From Phycisphaerae bacterium (GTDB taxonomy: Bacteria > Planctomycetota > Phycisphaerae > UBA1845), in the NCBI GenBank assembly GCA_020056715.1, contig JAGVHG010000073.1:4754-68753 (forward strand): a DNA stretch of 64,000 nt, read 5' to 3'. Both the position numbers and the translations under genes were made by a program. Shown here piece after piece: positions 36,250-43,713 of this stretch. Position 1 is the first letter of the stretch, and each line of letters opens with the position of its first letter. Under the pieces are notes generated by a model that searched no databases, was not told the DNA's origin, and saw nothing but the letters and a program-made list of their open reading frames with translations.

Positions 36250-37680
36250 CTAATACCGGTAGTGCTCCGATTTATACGGTCCGTCGACGCTGACGCCGAT
36301 GTACTCGGCCTGATCGGGGCGGAGTTTGGTGAGCTTCGCGCTGAGCTTGGCGAGGTGCAGTCGGGCGACTTTTTCATCAAGGTGCTTGGGGAGGATGTAC
36401 ACCTTCTTTTCGTAGTTCGCGGCGTTCTGCCATAGCTCCATCTGGGCGATCACCTGATTGCAGAAGCTGTTGCTCATCACGAAGCTGGGATGTCCCGTGG
36501 CGCATCCGAGGTTTACCAGCCGCCCTTCGGCGAGCACCAGAATGCAATGCCCGTCGGGGAAGACCCACTTGTCCACCTGCGGCTTGATGTTCTCCTTGCG
36601 CACGCCGGGGAAGCGTTTCAACCCGGACATGTCGATCTCGTTGTCGAAGTGCCCGATGTTGCAGACGATGGCCTGGTTTTTCATCTTGGCCATGTGCGCG
36701 GCGAGGACAATGGCCTTGTTGCCCGTGGCGGTCACGAAAACGTCAGCGGTCGTAACCACGTCCTCAAGCGGCAGTACCGTATATCCCTCCATCGCGGCCT
36801 GCAGGGCGCAGATGGGGTCGATTTCGGTGACAACGACGCGACACCCTTGGCCGCGTAGACTTTGAGCGCAGCCCTTGCCGACGTCGCCATAACCGCACAC
36901 GACAGCCACCTTGCCCGCCAGCATCACGTCCGTCGCCCGCATGATCCCATCCACGAGCGAATGACGGCAGCCGTAGATGTTGTCGAACTTGCTCTTGGTT
37001 ACGCTGTCGTTGACGTTGATCGCCGGGAACAGCAGCGTGCCCGCCTCTTGCCGCTGATAGAGTCGCTTGACGCCGGTGGTGGTCTCCTCGCTGACGCCGA
37101 CGATCTCCTTGGCCACCCGATGCCAACGCTGCGGATCCTTTTGCAATTCCTCACGGATCAGGGCGAGGATAATGGCCTCCTCCTCATTGTCCGCCCGGTC
37201 GGGATCGGGCAGCTTGCCTGACTTGGCGAAGGCGTTCTCCGCCTCATAACCCATGTGGATGAGCAGCGTCGCGTCGCCGCCATCGTCTACGAGAAGGTTC
37301 GGACCGCCTTCGGGGAAGAGAAGCGCCTGGTTCGTACACCACCAGTATTCCTCCAATGTTTCGCCCTTCCAGGCGAAGACGGGCGTGCCGGCCTTGGCAA
37401 TCGCGGCGGCGGCGTGGTCCTGGGTGCTGAAGATGTTGCAACTGCACCAGCGAACGTCTGCCCCAAGCTCGGCCAGGGTCTCGATGAGCACGGCCGTCTG
37501 GATGGTCATGTGCAACGAGCCGGTGATGCGTGCCCCGGTGAGGGGTCTGCTCGGGCCGTACTCTTCACGAATGGCCATCAGCCCGGGCATCTCGTGTTCG
37601 GCCAGGACCATCTCCTTGCGACCGAAATCGGCCAAACTAAGGTCCGTAACTTTGAAATCCTCAACAGCTGTAGTCATCAT
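36250..37680 (-). CDS. ahcY: adenosylhomocysteinase
   Basis: 476 aa. ..DDGGDATLL.., the NAD-binding [25 protein letters not shown], and the C-terminal ..YKSEHYRY tail. Full-length collinear with AhcY. Confidence 0.97.
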   Translation of the reverse strand: MMTTAVEDFKVTDLSLADFGRKEMVLAEHEMPGLMAIREEYGPSRPLTGARITGSLHMTIQTAVLIETLAELGADVRWCSCNIFSTQDHAAAAIAKAGTPVFAWKGETLEEYWWCTNQALLFPEGGPNLLVDDGGDATLLIHMGYEAENAFAKSGKLPDPDRADNEEEAIILALIREELQKDPQRWHRVAKEIVGVSEETTTGVKRLYQRQEAGTLLFPAINVNDSVTKSKFDNIYGCRHSLVDGIMRATDVMLAGKVAVVCGYGDVGKGCAQSLRGQGCRVVVTEIDPICALQAAMEGYTVLPLEDVVTTADVFVTATGNKAIVLAAHMAKMKNQAIVCNIGHFDNEIDMSGLKRFPGVRKENIKPQVDKWVFPDGHCILVLAEGRLVNLGCATGHPSFVMSNSFCNQVIAQMELWQNAANYEKKVYILPKHLDEKVARLHLAKLSAKLTKLRPDQAEYIGVSVDGPYKSEHYRY

Positions 37681-37905
37681 TCACTCCGGGCTTGCTGTAG
37701 AGCTTCCCCCTATTCAGCGGCCCCAAAAAACCTCATTACCGCCCTACCGAACGCTCCATGCTAACATTCTTGGACGGAAGAACCAACCGTGGCTACCGAT
37801 ACTCACGTTGACCCGGATAGGATCGGGAGTGATGATAGGTTAAGCTGGGGGTTGCGGACCTCGCGGCCCGCTTGAAACGGCCACCTCCATTAGGGAACTC
37901 GATCG

Positions 37906-38580
37906 GTGCTGGAGCGTCCAAATCCAAGGAAGGGTGATGTTTGCGGACGAACGTCTGAGTCGGCCCAGGTGGAGGATGTGGAACTGGTTGAGCGGGTCAA
38001 GCAGGGGCAGACCGAGGCCTACGGGGAGTTGGTTCGACGGTATCAGGACCGGGTGTTCAACGCCTGTTGGCGGATTTGTGGTCATCTGGAGGATGCCCGC
38101 GATCTGACGCAGGAGGCGTTCCTCAAGGCTTTCGAGGGGCTGGGCAATTTCCGGCAGCAGAGCGGGTTCTACACCTGGATCTTCCGCGTCGCGGTGAACC
38201 TGTCGCTCTCCCATCGGCGGAACGTCCATCGACGGCGTACGGTGTCTCTGGATGCGGCGTCGGCGGGGACGGGGACGCTGGCAGAAGAGTTGGTCAAGCG
38301 CGAGTCGCCCCGCGCAGCGGTGCGGGACGAGTCCGACGACGACCCGACCCGCGGGCTGGGCGAGGCCGAGTTGCACGCCGCCGTCGCGGGGGCGCTGCAA
38401 ACGCTCGACGACGATCATCGTACGGTGATCGTGCTTCGGGACATCGAGGGGTTCGATTATCAGGAGATCGCCACGATCTTGCAGATTCCGCCTGGAACGG
38501 TGAAATCTCGGTTATTCCGGGCGAGAATAGCGTTGCAGAAGGCGATCGACCCGGCGATATCGCGGGAAGACGCAAAGTGA
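37906..38580 (+). CDS. ECF-type RNA polymerase sigma-70 factor
   Basis: Region 2 ELVRRYQDRVFNACWRICGHLEDARDLTQEAFLKAF..FYTWIFRVAVNLS. Region 4 VIVLRDIEGFDYQEIATILQIPPGTVKSRLFRAR. The start may be an internal GTG. Confidence 0.88.
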   Translation: MLERPNPRKGDVCGRTSESAQVEDVELVERVKQGQTEAYGELVRRYQDRVFNACWRICGHLEDARDLTQEAFLKAFEGLGNFRQQSGFYTWIFRVAVNLSLSHRRNVHRRRTVSLDAASAGTGTLAEELVKRESPRAAVRDESDDDPTRGLGEAELHAAVAGALQTLDDDHRTVIVLRDIEGFDYQEIATILQIPPGTVKSRLFRARIALQKAIDPAISREDAK

Positions 38581-38584
38581 ATCG

Positions 38585-40042
38585 GTGATGGCTAGGATTG
38601 ATCGAGAACAGTTGGGCGAGTTGCTGTCGGGCTACATCGACGGCGAGCTTGACGCCCGCGAGCGTGAGATCATCGAGCGTGTGTTGCGCGAGGATGAGTC
38701 GGCGCGGCAGTTGCTTGTGGACCTCCAACGAACCGCGCAGGCCGTGGCGTCGCTGCCGCGCCATGCCGCCCCCGCGTCGATCCTGGGTGACACTCAGGCG
38801 AACCTCGAACGATCGGCCCTTCTTTACGATTTTCCGGAGCCTCGGGCGCACCAGACACGCGGTCGATCGTCGTGGACCGCGCGATTGGCGATGGCCGCTA
38901 TGGTGGGCCTGGTGGTCGTGACCGGATGGTGGTTCATGGCCGAGCAGAACCGGAGCAGTTCCAAAAGCAAAACCGAACTGGCTCAGCGTGAGGTCCGAGA
39001 GGCCGCACCGATTTCCGTTCCGACCGATAGCCGCATCGCCCTTGAGCGAAGGGGCGACGAGTTCGCCGTCAGCGATGCAGTCGGCAGCGCGGGGGCAGCC
39101 GTTGCGACCGTCGAACAGCAGCTTGCGGCCGGAGTCGATCCCACTTCATTCCGAAGCCAGACGTTCGCCGCCGAACCCGTGCGTCTGCAAGTCACGGTGC
39201 GCGACCGGGCGGAGCGCGAGGCGGTCTCAACGAGAATTGAGGCCGCGTTATCCAGTCAACGCCTTGCAGACCTAGCCTCGGCGCCCGGCGCGGGAGAAGA
39301 CACGACGAATTCTGTGCAGAACTTCTACTACCGCGGGAAGGCGGGCGTAAACTTCGACGCAGCAAACGAAGATCAAATCCTGGTGCGAGCATCGCCGCAG
39401 CAGATTGACCATTTACTCACCAAGCTCTCCGAACCGAATCAGCCGGAGGAAGCGGTCGCGCTCGTGGCTGGACCCATTACGGTGCAAGGCGTAGAGAAGA
39501 GCCGTAGCGTGGTGCAACTGCTCGGCGATCAACAACAGGCCGGCCTGTCGCGAAGTGAGACGAAGCGCAACGACGGGTTATCAGGCGGCCTACTGAAAAT
39601 CGTGGGCATCGATCCCAAGCTGTTGTCCTCGGGGGACAAGTCAGCGACCGAGCCGGGCGTTGCTCCCGTGGAATCCGCTGCCGAGGCCGCACCCACGGAC
39701 TCACCCAAGGTTGCCGACGACGAATCGTCCGTTGCCGACGCTGAGGAGAGCGCAAAATCACACAGAGCAGCAGCTAAGACAAAAGTCGCGGTGTCAACGG
39801 CCACTCGTGCAGCAGTGCAACCCCCAACGCCGCCGCCGTTGGTCGAGCGTCGGCTCCGCGCCGCCGCTGAGTCTTCCCGCGAGTCTGCGGGAAAAGATGA
39901 CCAGCGTCGTGGCGGCGAAGAAACGCCAGGTGCGAGCGTAACGGTCGTCGTTCAGATTATTGAACAACCCAAACCCGTGGAGACCGACAAGCCCGCAAAG
40001 TCGAAGACGGATCGAGCCAAAGCGTCAAAAGGGATCAAGTAG
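38585..40042 (+). CDS. anti-sigma factor (zf-HC2-like N-terminus, single TM, low-complexity exterior domain)
   Basis: LSGYIDGELDAREREIIERVLREDESARQLLVDLQR, then TM WTARLAMAAMVGLVVVTGWWFMA. Starts 4 nt after the sigma gene stop. Confidence 0.7.
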   Translation: MMARIDREQLGELLSGYIDGELDAREREIIERVLREDESARQLLVDLQRTAQAVASLPRHAAPASILGDTQANLERSALLYDFPEPRAHQTRGRSSWTARLAMAAMVGLVVVTGWWFMAEQNRSSSKSKTELAQREVREAAPISVPTDSRIALERRGDEFAVSDAVGSAGAAVATVEQQLAAGVDPTSFRSQTFAAEPVRLQVTVRDRAEREAVSTRIEAALSSQRLADLASAPGAGEDTTNSVQNFYYRGKAGVNFDAANEDQILVRASPQQIDHLLTKLSEPNQPEEAVALVAGPITVQGVEKSRSVVQLLGDQQQAGLSRSETKRNDGLSGGLLKIVGIDPKLLSSGDKSATEPGVAPVESAAEAAPTDSPKVADDESSVADAEESAKSHRAAAKTKVAVSTATRAAVQPPTPPPLVERRLRAAAESSRESAGKDDQRRGGEETPGASVTVVVQIIEQPKPVETDKPAKSKTDRAKASKGIK

Positions 40043-40337
40043 GTGGACACGCCGAAGGGGCGACCCTTCTGAGCCACGGGCGCCTCGTCAGAGCCGTAGG
40101 CGCAAGCCTACGGACACTCCCAACGATTCCCGTGTAAGCTCGAACACCCCCTATCACCGGGCTTGCGCCTGATGCTCTGATCCTAGAATTCGTCTCTCGA
40201 ATAGCTGGAACACCCGTGAATCCGTACTCGTATCGTGCCTTGTTGCGAATACCGTCCCGGTCCTCGAAGATGACCCATTGTCGTCGTGACGGCGCGGATG
40301 ATGCGGACGGTGTGTTTCCCGGGGATCCCCTGAACCA

Positions 40338-40730
40338 TTGATGAGCGAATCCTTCGTGCGAGTGTTCGTAGTGGGCGCGGGTGGGGCGGCGGGGAGCATT
40401 CTGCGCTACATCGTCGGAGGCCTGGTCCAGCGGACGGTCGTCGCGTTCCCGCTGGGCACCCTGGTCGTCAACGTCCTGGGTTGCCTTGCGATCGGGTTCC
40501 TCAGTGAGCGGCTTACCGAAGCTTCTGTCGATCCGCTGTATCGTACGGGCATTCTCGTCGGCGTGCTGGGCGGGTTCACTACCTTCAGCACGTTCTCGCT
40601 GGAGACGTTGAAGCTCGCGGAGGATCGCCAGTTTGCCTTGGCCCTGTTGAACGTGGCCGCAAGCGTGACGACCTGTTTGATCGCGGCCTGGGCGGGGGCT
40701 AAATTCGCAAGATGGATGGTGACGCCATGA
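40338..40730 (+). CDS. crcB: fluoride ion channel CrcB/FluC
   Basis: 130 aa. GAGGAAGSILRY, FPLGTLVVNVLGCLAIGF and GVLGGFTTFSTFSLE are the CrcB signatures. Confidence 0.93.
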   Translation: MMSESFVRVFVVGAGGAAGSILRYIVGGLVQRTVVAFPLGTLVVNVLGCLAIGFLSERLTEASVDPLYRTGILVGVLGGFTTFSTFSLETLKLAEDRQFALALLNVAASVTTCLIAAWAGAKFARWMVTP

Positions 40731-41074
40731 AAACGCCCATGAAGGGATGTTTGCTGCGGGTGCTGATCGGCGAGTCGGACCATTGGCACCACCGACCGCT
40801 CTACGAGGCCATCGTTCTTAAGGCGCGGGAGCTGCACCTCGCGGGTGCGACCGTGCTGCGCGGGATCATGGGGTTCGGCGCCCATTCGCGGCTGCACACG
40901 TCCAAGATTCTGCGGCTGTCGGAGGACCTGCCCATCGTGATCGAGATCGTCGATAGCCGTGAGAAGATCGACCAGTTGTTGCCGCATCTCGACGAAATGG
41001 TGATGGAGGGATTAGTCACCCTTGAAACCGTCGAAGTCGTTCAGTATCGCGCGGGAGGACAAGACGATGCCTGA
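40727..41074 (+). CDS. DUF190 (PII-like) protein commonly linked to crcB
   Basis: LRVLIGESDHWHHRPLYEAIVLKARELHLAGATVLRGIMGFG..LPIVIEIVD. ATGA overlap with the crcB stop. Confidence 0.85.
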   Translation: MKTPMKGCLLRVLIGESDHWHHRPLYEAIVLKARELHLAGATVLRGIMGFGAHSRLHTSKILRLSEDLPIVIEIVDSREKIDQLLPHLDEMVMEGLVTLETVEVVQYRAGGQDDA

Positions 41075-41729
41075 CCTGACCGCTCCAGCGGTTGAACTCG
41101 CGGATGGACGTGGAACTTCGCCGGCGCAGTGGTGGTGCGCGACTGCGGCGGGGACGATCGTCTCGCTTCCGTTTGCGTGGCTCCTTTCCTACGCGGCCAT
41201 GTTGCCGTTTTACCTCGGCCTGTTCTTTTTCATGCTGTTCGGGCTGGTAATAGGCGCGGTTGTCTACCGCATCGCGGCCCCGGGTAGACCCTACGGACGC
41301 TTTGCAGTCCTCACGGGGACGACCCTCATCGTCGGCGTTTGCTGGACGCTCTCCATAGTGAAGGAAAGCCGCGACTTCCCCGCGGACGTCGCCGCGGACG
41401 CCGTGCTGCGTAGCCGCGACATCGGGCGGCGATCCGCGGACGAATACCGCACCGCTGTCGCGGAAGAAGTTCGTTCCTTCCTTCGTGAGCGTCATTCTCC
41501 CGGCGGAGTGCTGGGCTATGCGCGATGGATGCTGCTCGAAGGGGAGATTAAAAAGGGCGCCATTCCATCGTTCGATCAAACGCTACGCCGCTCGCCGGCA
41601 CGAATCGGGTGGGCCATTCGCGTCGTGTTGTCGATTGCGCTTCTCGGTTTCGCCGTCGGTTCGCAGACGCTCTCGCTAAGCAGGCGCAGCAACCCTGTTG
41701 CATCGCCGGCCCAACCCATTCTCCGTTGA
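41067..41729 (+). CDS. hypothetical membrane protein translationally coupled to the DUF190 gene
   Basis: ATG 41067 overlaps the DUF190 stop. About 4 hydrophobic helices (IVSLPFAWLLSYAAMLPFYLGLFFFMLFGLVIGAVVY..). No family recognised. Confidence 0.5.
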   Translation: MPDLTAPAVELADGRGTSPAQWWCATAAGTIVSLPFAWLLSYAAMLPFYLGLFFFMLFGLVIGAVVYRIAAPGRPYGRFAVLTGTTLIVGVCWTLSIVKESRDFPADVAADAVLRSRDIGRRSADEYRTAVAEEVRSFLRERHSPGGVLGYARWMLLEGEIKKGAIPSFDQTLRRSPARIGWAIRVVLSIALLGFAVGSQTLSLSRRSNPVASPAQPILR

Positions 41730-41806
41730 AGGTCCAACATCTCAAAGGTCGTTTCGTTATCGGTCGTCAACGATGCCGTGAATCTGCCGATGTGTATTTC
41801 AGTATT

Positions 41807-42163
41807 ATGCCAGCACTACAGGGCATCGAAAGACAGACGAAATGTTGTGAACTGACGGTCCACCTTGTGACGGGGGTGCGGATCGTGGGGACGTTCCACA
41901 TAGCCGTCGACACCAGCTCGGCCATCCGCCCCTCCGACGCCATACGCGACGGCAAGGGCGGATTCCTCATCCTTACCAACGCGACGATCCACGAACCGAC
42001 CGGCCCGCGGGAGCAAGGGTCGATCATGGTCCGTACGGAGGCAATCTCCTACATCAACCTACCGGCCAAGGGCTGGTCGGCGAGGGAACCACTAACCACT
42101 GTAGATTTCGGGCCTTTCCCGGCGGTTACGCTGCAGGGTAGCGTCCAGCCTCCGGTCTCTTAA
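41807..42163 (+). CDS. hypothetical protein
   Basis: 118 aa from ATG 41807 (MPALQGIERQTKCCELTVHLVTGVRIVGTFHI..). Codon bias is acceptable but no recognisable motif. The 3' end overlaps the convergent response regulator gene by 4 nt. Confidence 0.4.
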   Translation: MPALQGIERQTKCCELTVHLVTGVRIVGTFHIAVDTSSAIRPSDAIRDGKGGFLILTNATIHEPTGPREQGSIMVRTEAISYINLPAKGWSAREPLTTVDFGPFPAVTLQGSVQPPVS

Positions 42164-42846
42164 CGACAAGACTTGTATGTGTACCAGCGACCGGTGAGCG
42201 TGGCCAGCGAGTCCGACTGGGTTTTCCTCATCAGACTGGCCCGGTGTGTAGCGACCGTCTTGACGCTGATGCCGAGAAGCGCCGCCACTTGTTGGTTGCC
42301 ATTGCCGGAAGCGAGCAGTTCGAGAACTTCCCGTTCACGCGGTGTTAGTTCGAGAATTCGCAACGACGTCTCGTGTGTGTGGTCGAGTTCCTTCGGCACG
42401 CCCCGACCTGCCTGTATCGCCTTACATACGGAATCCAACAGAGCCGTAGGTCCCTGGGACTTCGTGCAATAGTCCTGGGCGCCGGCCTTGATCGCACGAG
42501 CCGCTAACGCCGCATCATGGCTGCCCGTGAAGAGGATCACGGGGGTTGTAACGCCTTTGCGTTGGAGTTCTTCCAAAAGAGCGATTCCGCTCATTCCAGG
42601 TAGACCCATATCGATGACCACGCAGCCTGGGCTTGTTGAATCGAAGATTCTCTGGAACTCCTCCGCGGACGCGCAGCACTCGGCGCGGAAGCCTGCGGAT
42701 TCCAGGAGCAACTGAAGCGTTTGCCGCACGGACGGGTCGTCATCGACAACGAACACGGTCACGGGTGGGTTTTGACCGGTGGACCCCACTTGCACGGGGA
42801 TTTGCCGTTCCTTATTATCGGATGCAATTGGGTCGGTTGACTTCAT
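42160..42846 (-). CDS. FixJ/NarL-family response regulator (REC + LuxR-type HTH)
   Basis: VFVVDDDPSVRQTLQLLL..VVIDMGLPGMSG..PVILFTGSHD (REC domain). TPREREVLELLASGNGNQQVAALLGISVKTVATHRASLMRK (HTH). No histidine kinase is adjacent. Confidence 0.92.
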   Translation of the reverse strand: MKSTDPIASDNKERQIPVQVGSTGQNPPVTVFVVDDDPSVRQTLQLLLESAGFRAECCASAEEFQRIFDSTSPGCVVIDMGLPGMSGIALLEELQRKGVTTPVILFTGSHDAALAARAIKAGAQDYCTKSQGPTALLDSVCKAIQAGRGVPKELDHTHETSLRILELTPREREVLELLASGNGNQQVAALLGISVKTVATHRASLMRKTQSDSLATLTGRWYTYKSCR

Positions 42847-43141
42847 ACGTTGCCCTGCCGGTTCCCGTCGGTTGTTCGCCCAACTATCCAGCCCGCGATT
42901 CCTCTACCTCTATAATGGCGCGAAAGGCCAGCGCATACACGCGCTTTCTTAGAAAAATTTGTGATTCGGCCCATTGGGTGGATGGGGGGACGTTCCAGGG
43001 TCATTCTAGGCAGGTTGCGGTTCTCCACGGATACAGCTATAATGGACAACCCATGTGGATGGATTCATCCAGCATGACGAGTCGCCACAACGCTCAACGG
43101 CGTTTGGGCTGAACGTCGACTTCGTGCGAATCGGTTGCCGG

Positions 43142-43711
43142 ATGGACGTCGAACCCAACAATTCGACCAGCGTTCAGACGATCGAACGACTATTAGTCGC
43201 ACATCGGAACGAAATTCGAAACTTCATCGGTCGCCGGTCCGGTTCCGTGGTCCTGCAGCGCACCACGATCGACGATCTTTATCAGGAAACGGCGACCGCA
43301 GCGCTAGCGAGCGCTGAGACTTTCGAGTACGTCAATGATGCCGGTTTCATTTCCTGGGTTTCAACTATTGCTCGACGGGTGATTTCACACTCGCTCCGTA
43401 GCCCTCAGGCCCGGCTGTCGACCGTCCGGATTCGAAGGGCGAAATCGACCGGGATCGGCGTTAGCGAGACCCGCCTTTATGCACCCAATCGAACCCCGTC
43501 GAGTGCCGTCGCGGACAGCGAACAGAGCGACTCGTTGGTGAAGGGCCTCAGAGAGCTCCCTCCCGACTACCGGATGGTCTTGCAGCTTCACAGAATCGAA
43601 GAACTCCCGTTGACGGAGGTCGCGGCGCGGATGAACCGCACCAAAGGAGCGACATGCCAGTTGATCGCCCGAGCGATGGCCATGCTGCGGGAAAAGCTAC
43701 GGGTGGATTAG
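43142..43711 (+). CDS. ECF-type sigma-70 factor (paired with the downstream Ser/Thr kinase)
   Basis: Region 2-like DDLYQETATAALASAETFEYVNDAGFISWVSTIARRVI. Region 4 LPPDYRMVLQLHRIEELPLTEVAARMNRTKGATCQLIARAM. ATG 43142 preferred over the GTG at 43055. Confidence 0.8.
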   Translation: MDVEPNNSTSVQTIERLLVAHRNEIRNFIGRRSGSVVLQRTTIDDLYQETATAALASAETFEYVNDAGFISWVSTIARRVISHSLRSPQARLSTVRIRRAKSTGIGVSETRLYAPNRTPSSAVADSEQSDSLVKGLRELPPDYRMVLQLHRIEELPLTEVAARMNRTKGATCQLIARAMAMLREKLRVD

Positions 43712-43713
43712 CC

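Noticed and set aside
34320-36250. Mobile-element hallmarks (integrase, transposase, tRNA target, terminal direct repeats) around the low-GC cassette
   Set aside because: None were found by eye at the borders. The cassette is therefore reported as an insert of unknown mechanism rather than as a mobile element.
37681-37905. Possible SAH riboswitch in the ahcY leader
   Set aside because: A GNRA-capped hairpin (GCGGGCC-GCGA-GGUCCGC) exists, but I could not recognise the SAH-element pseudoknot consensus. The region is also the divergent promoter for the ECF sigma gene.
40043-40337. Possible fluoride (crcB-motif) riboswitch upstream of crcB
   Set aside because: I looked for the conserved GG-GAUG...AAC-GCC...GGCUGAUGA-CCUAC core. 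I found only loose resemblances (for example GGAUGAUGCGG and UUGAUGAGCGAAUCC overlapping the start codon) with no consistent P1/P3 pairing. Needs cmsearch; not called.
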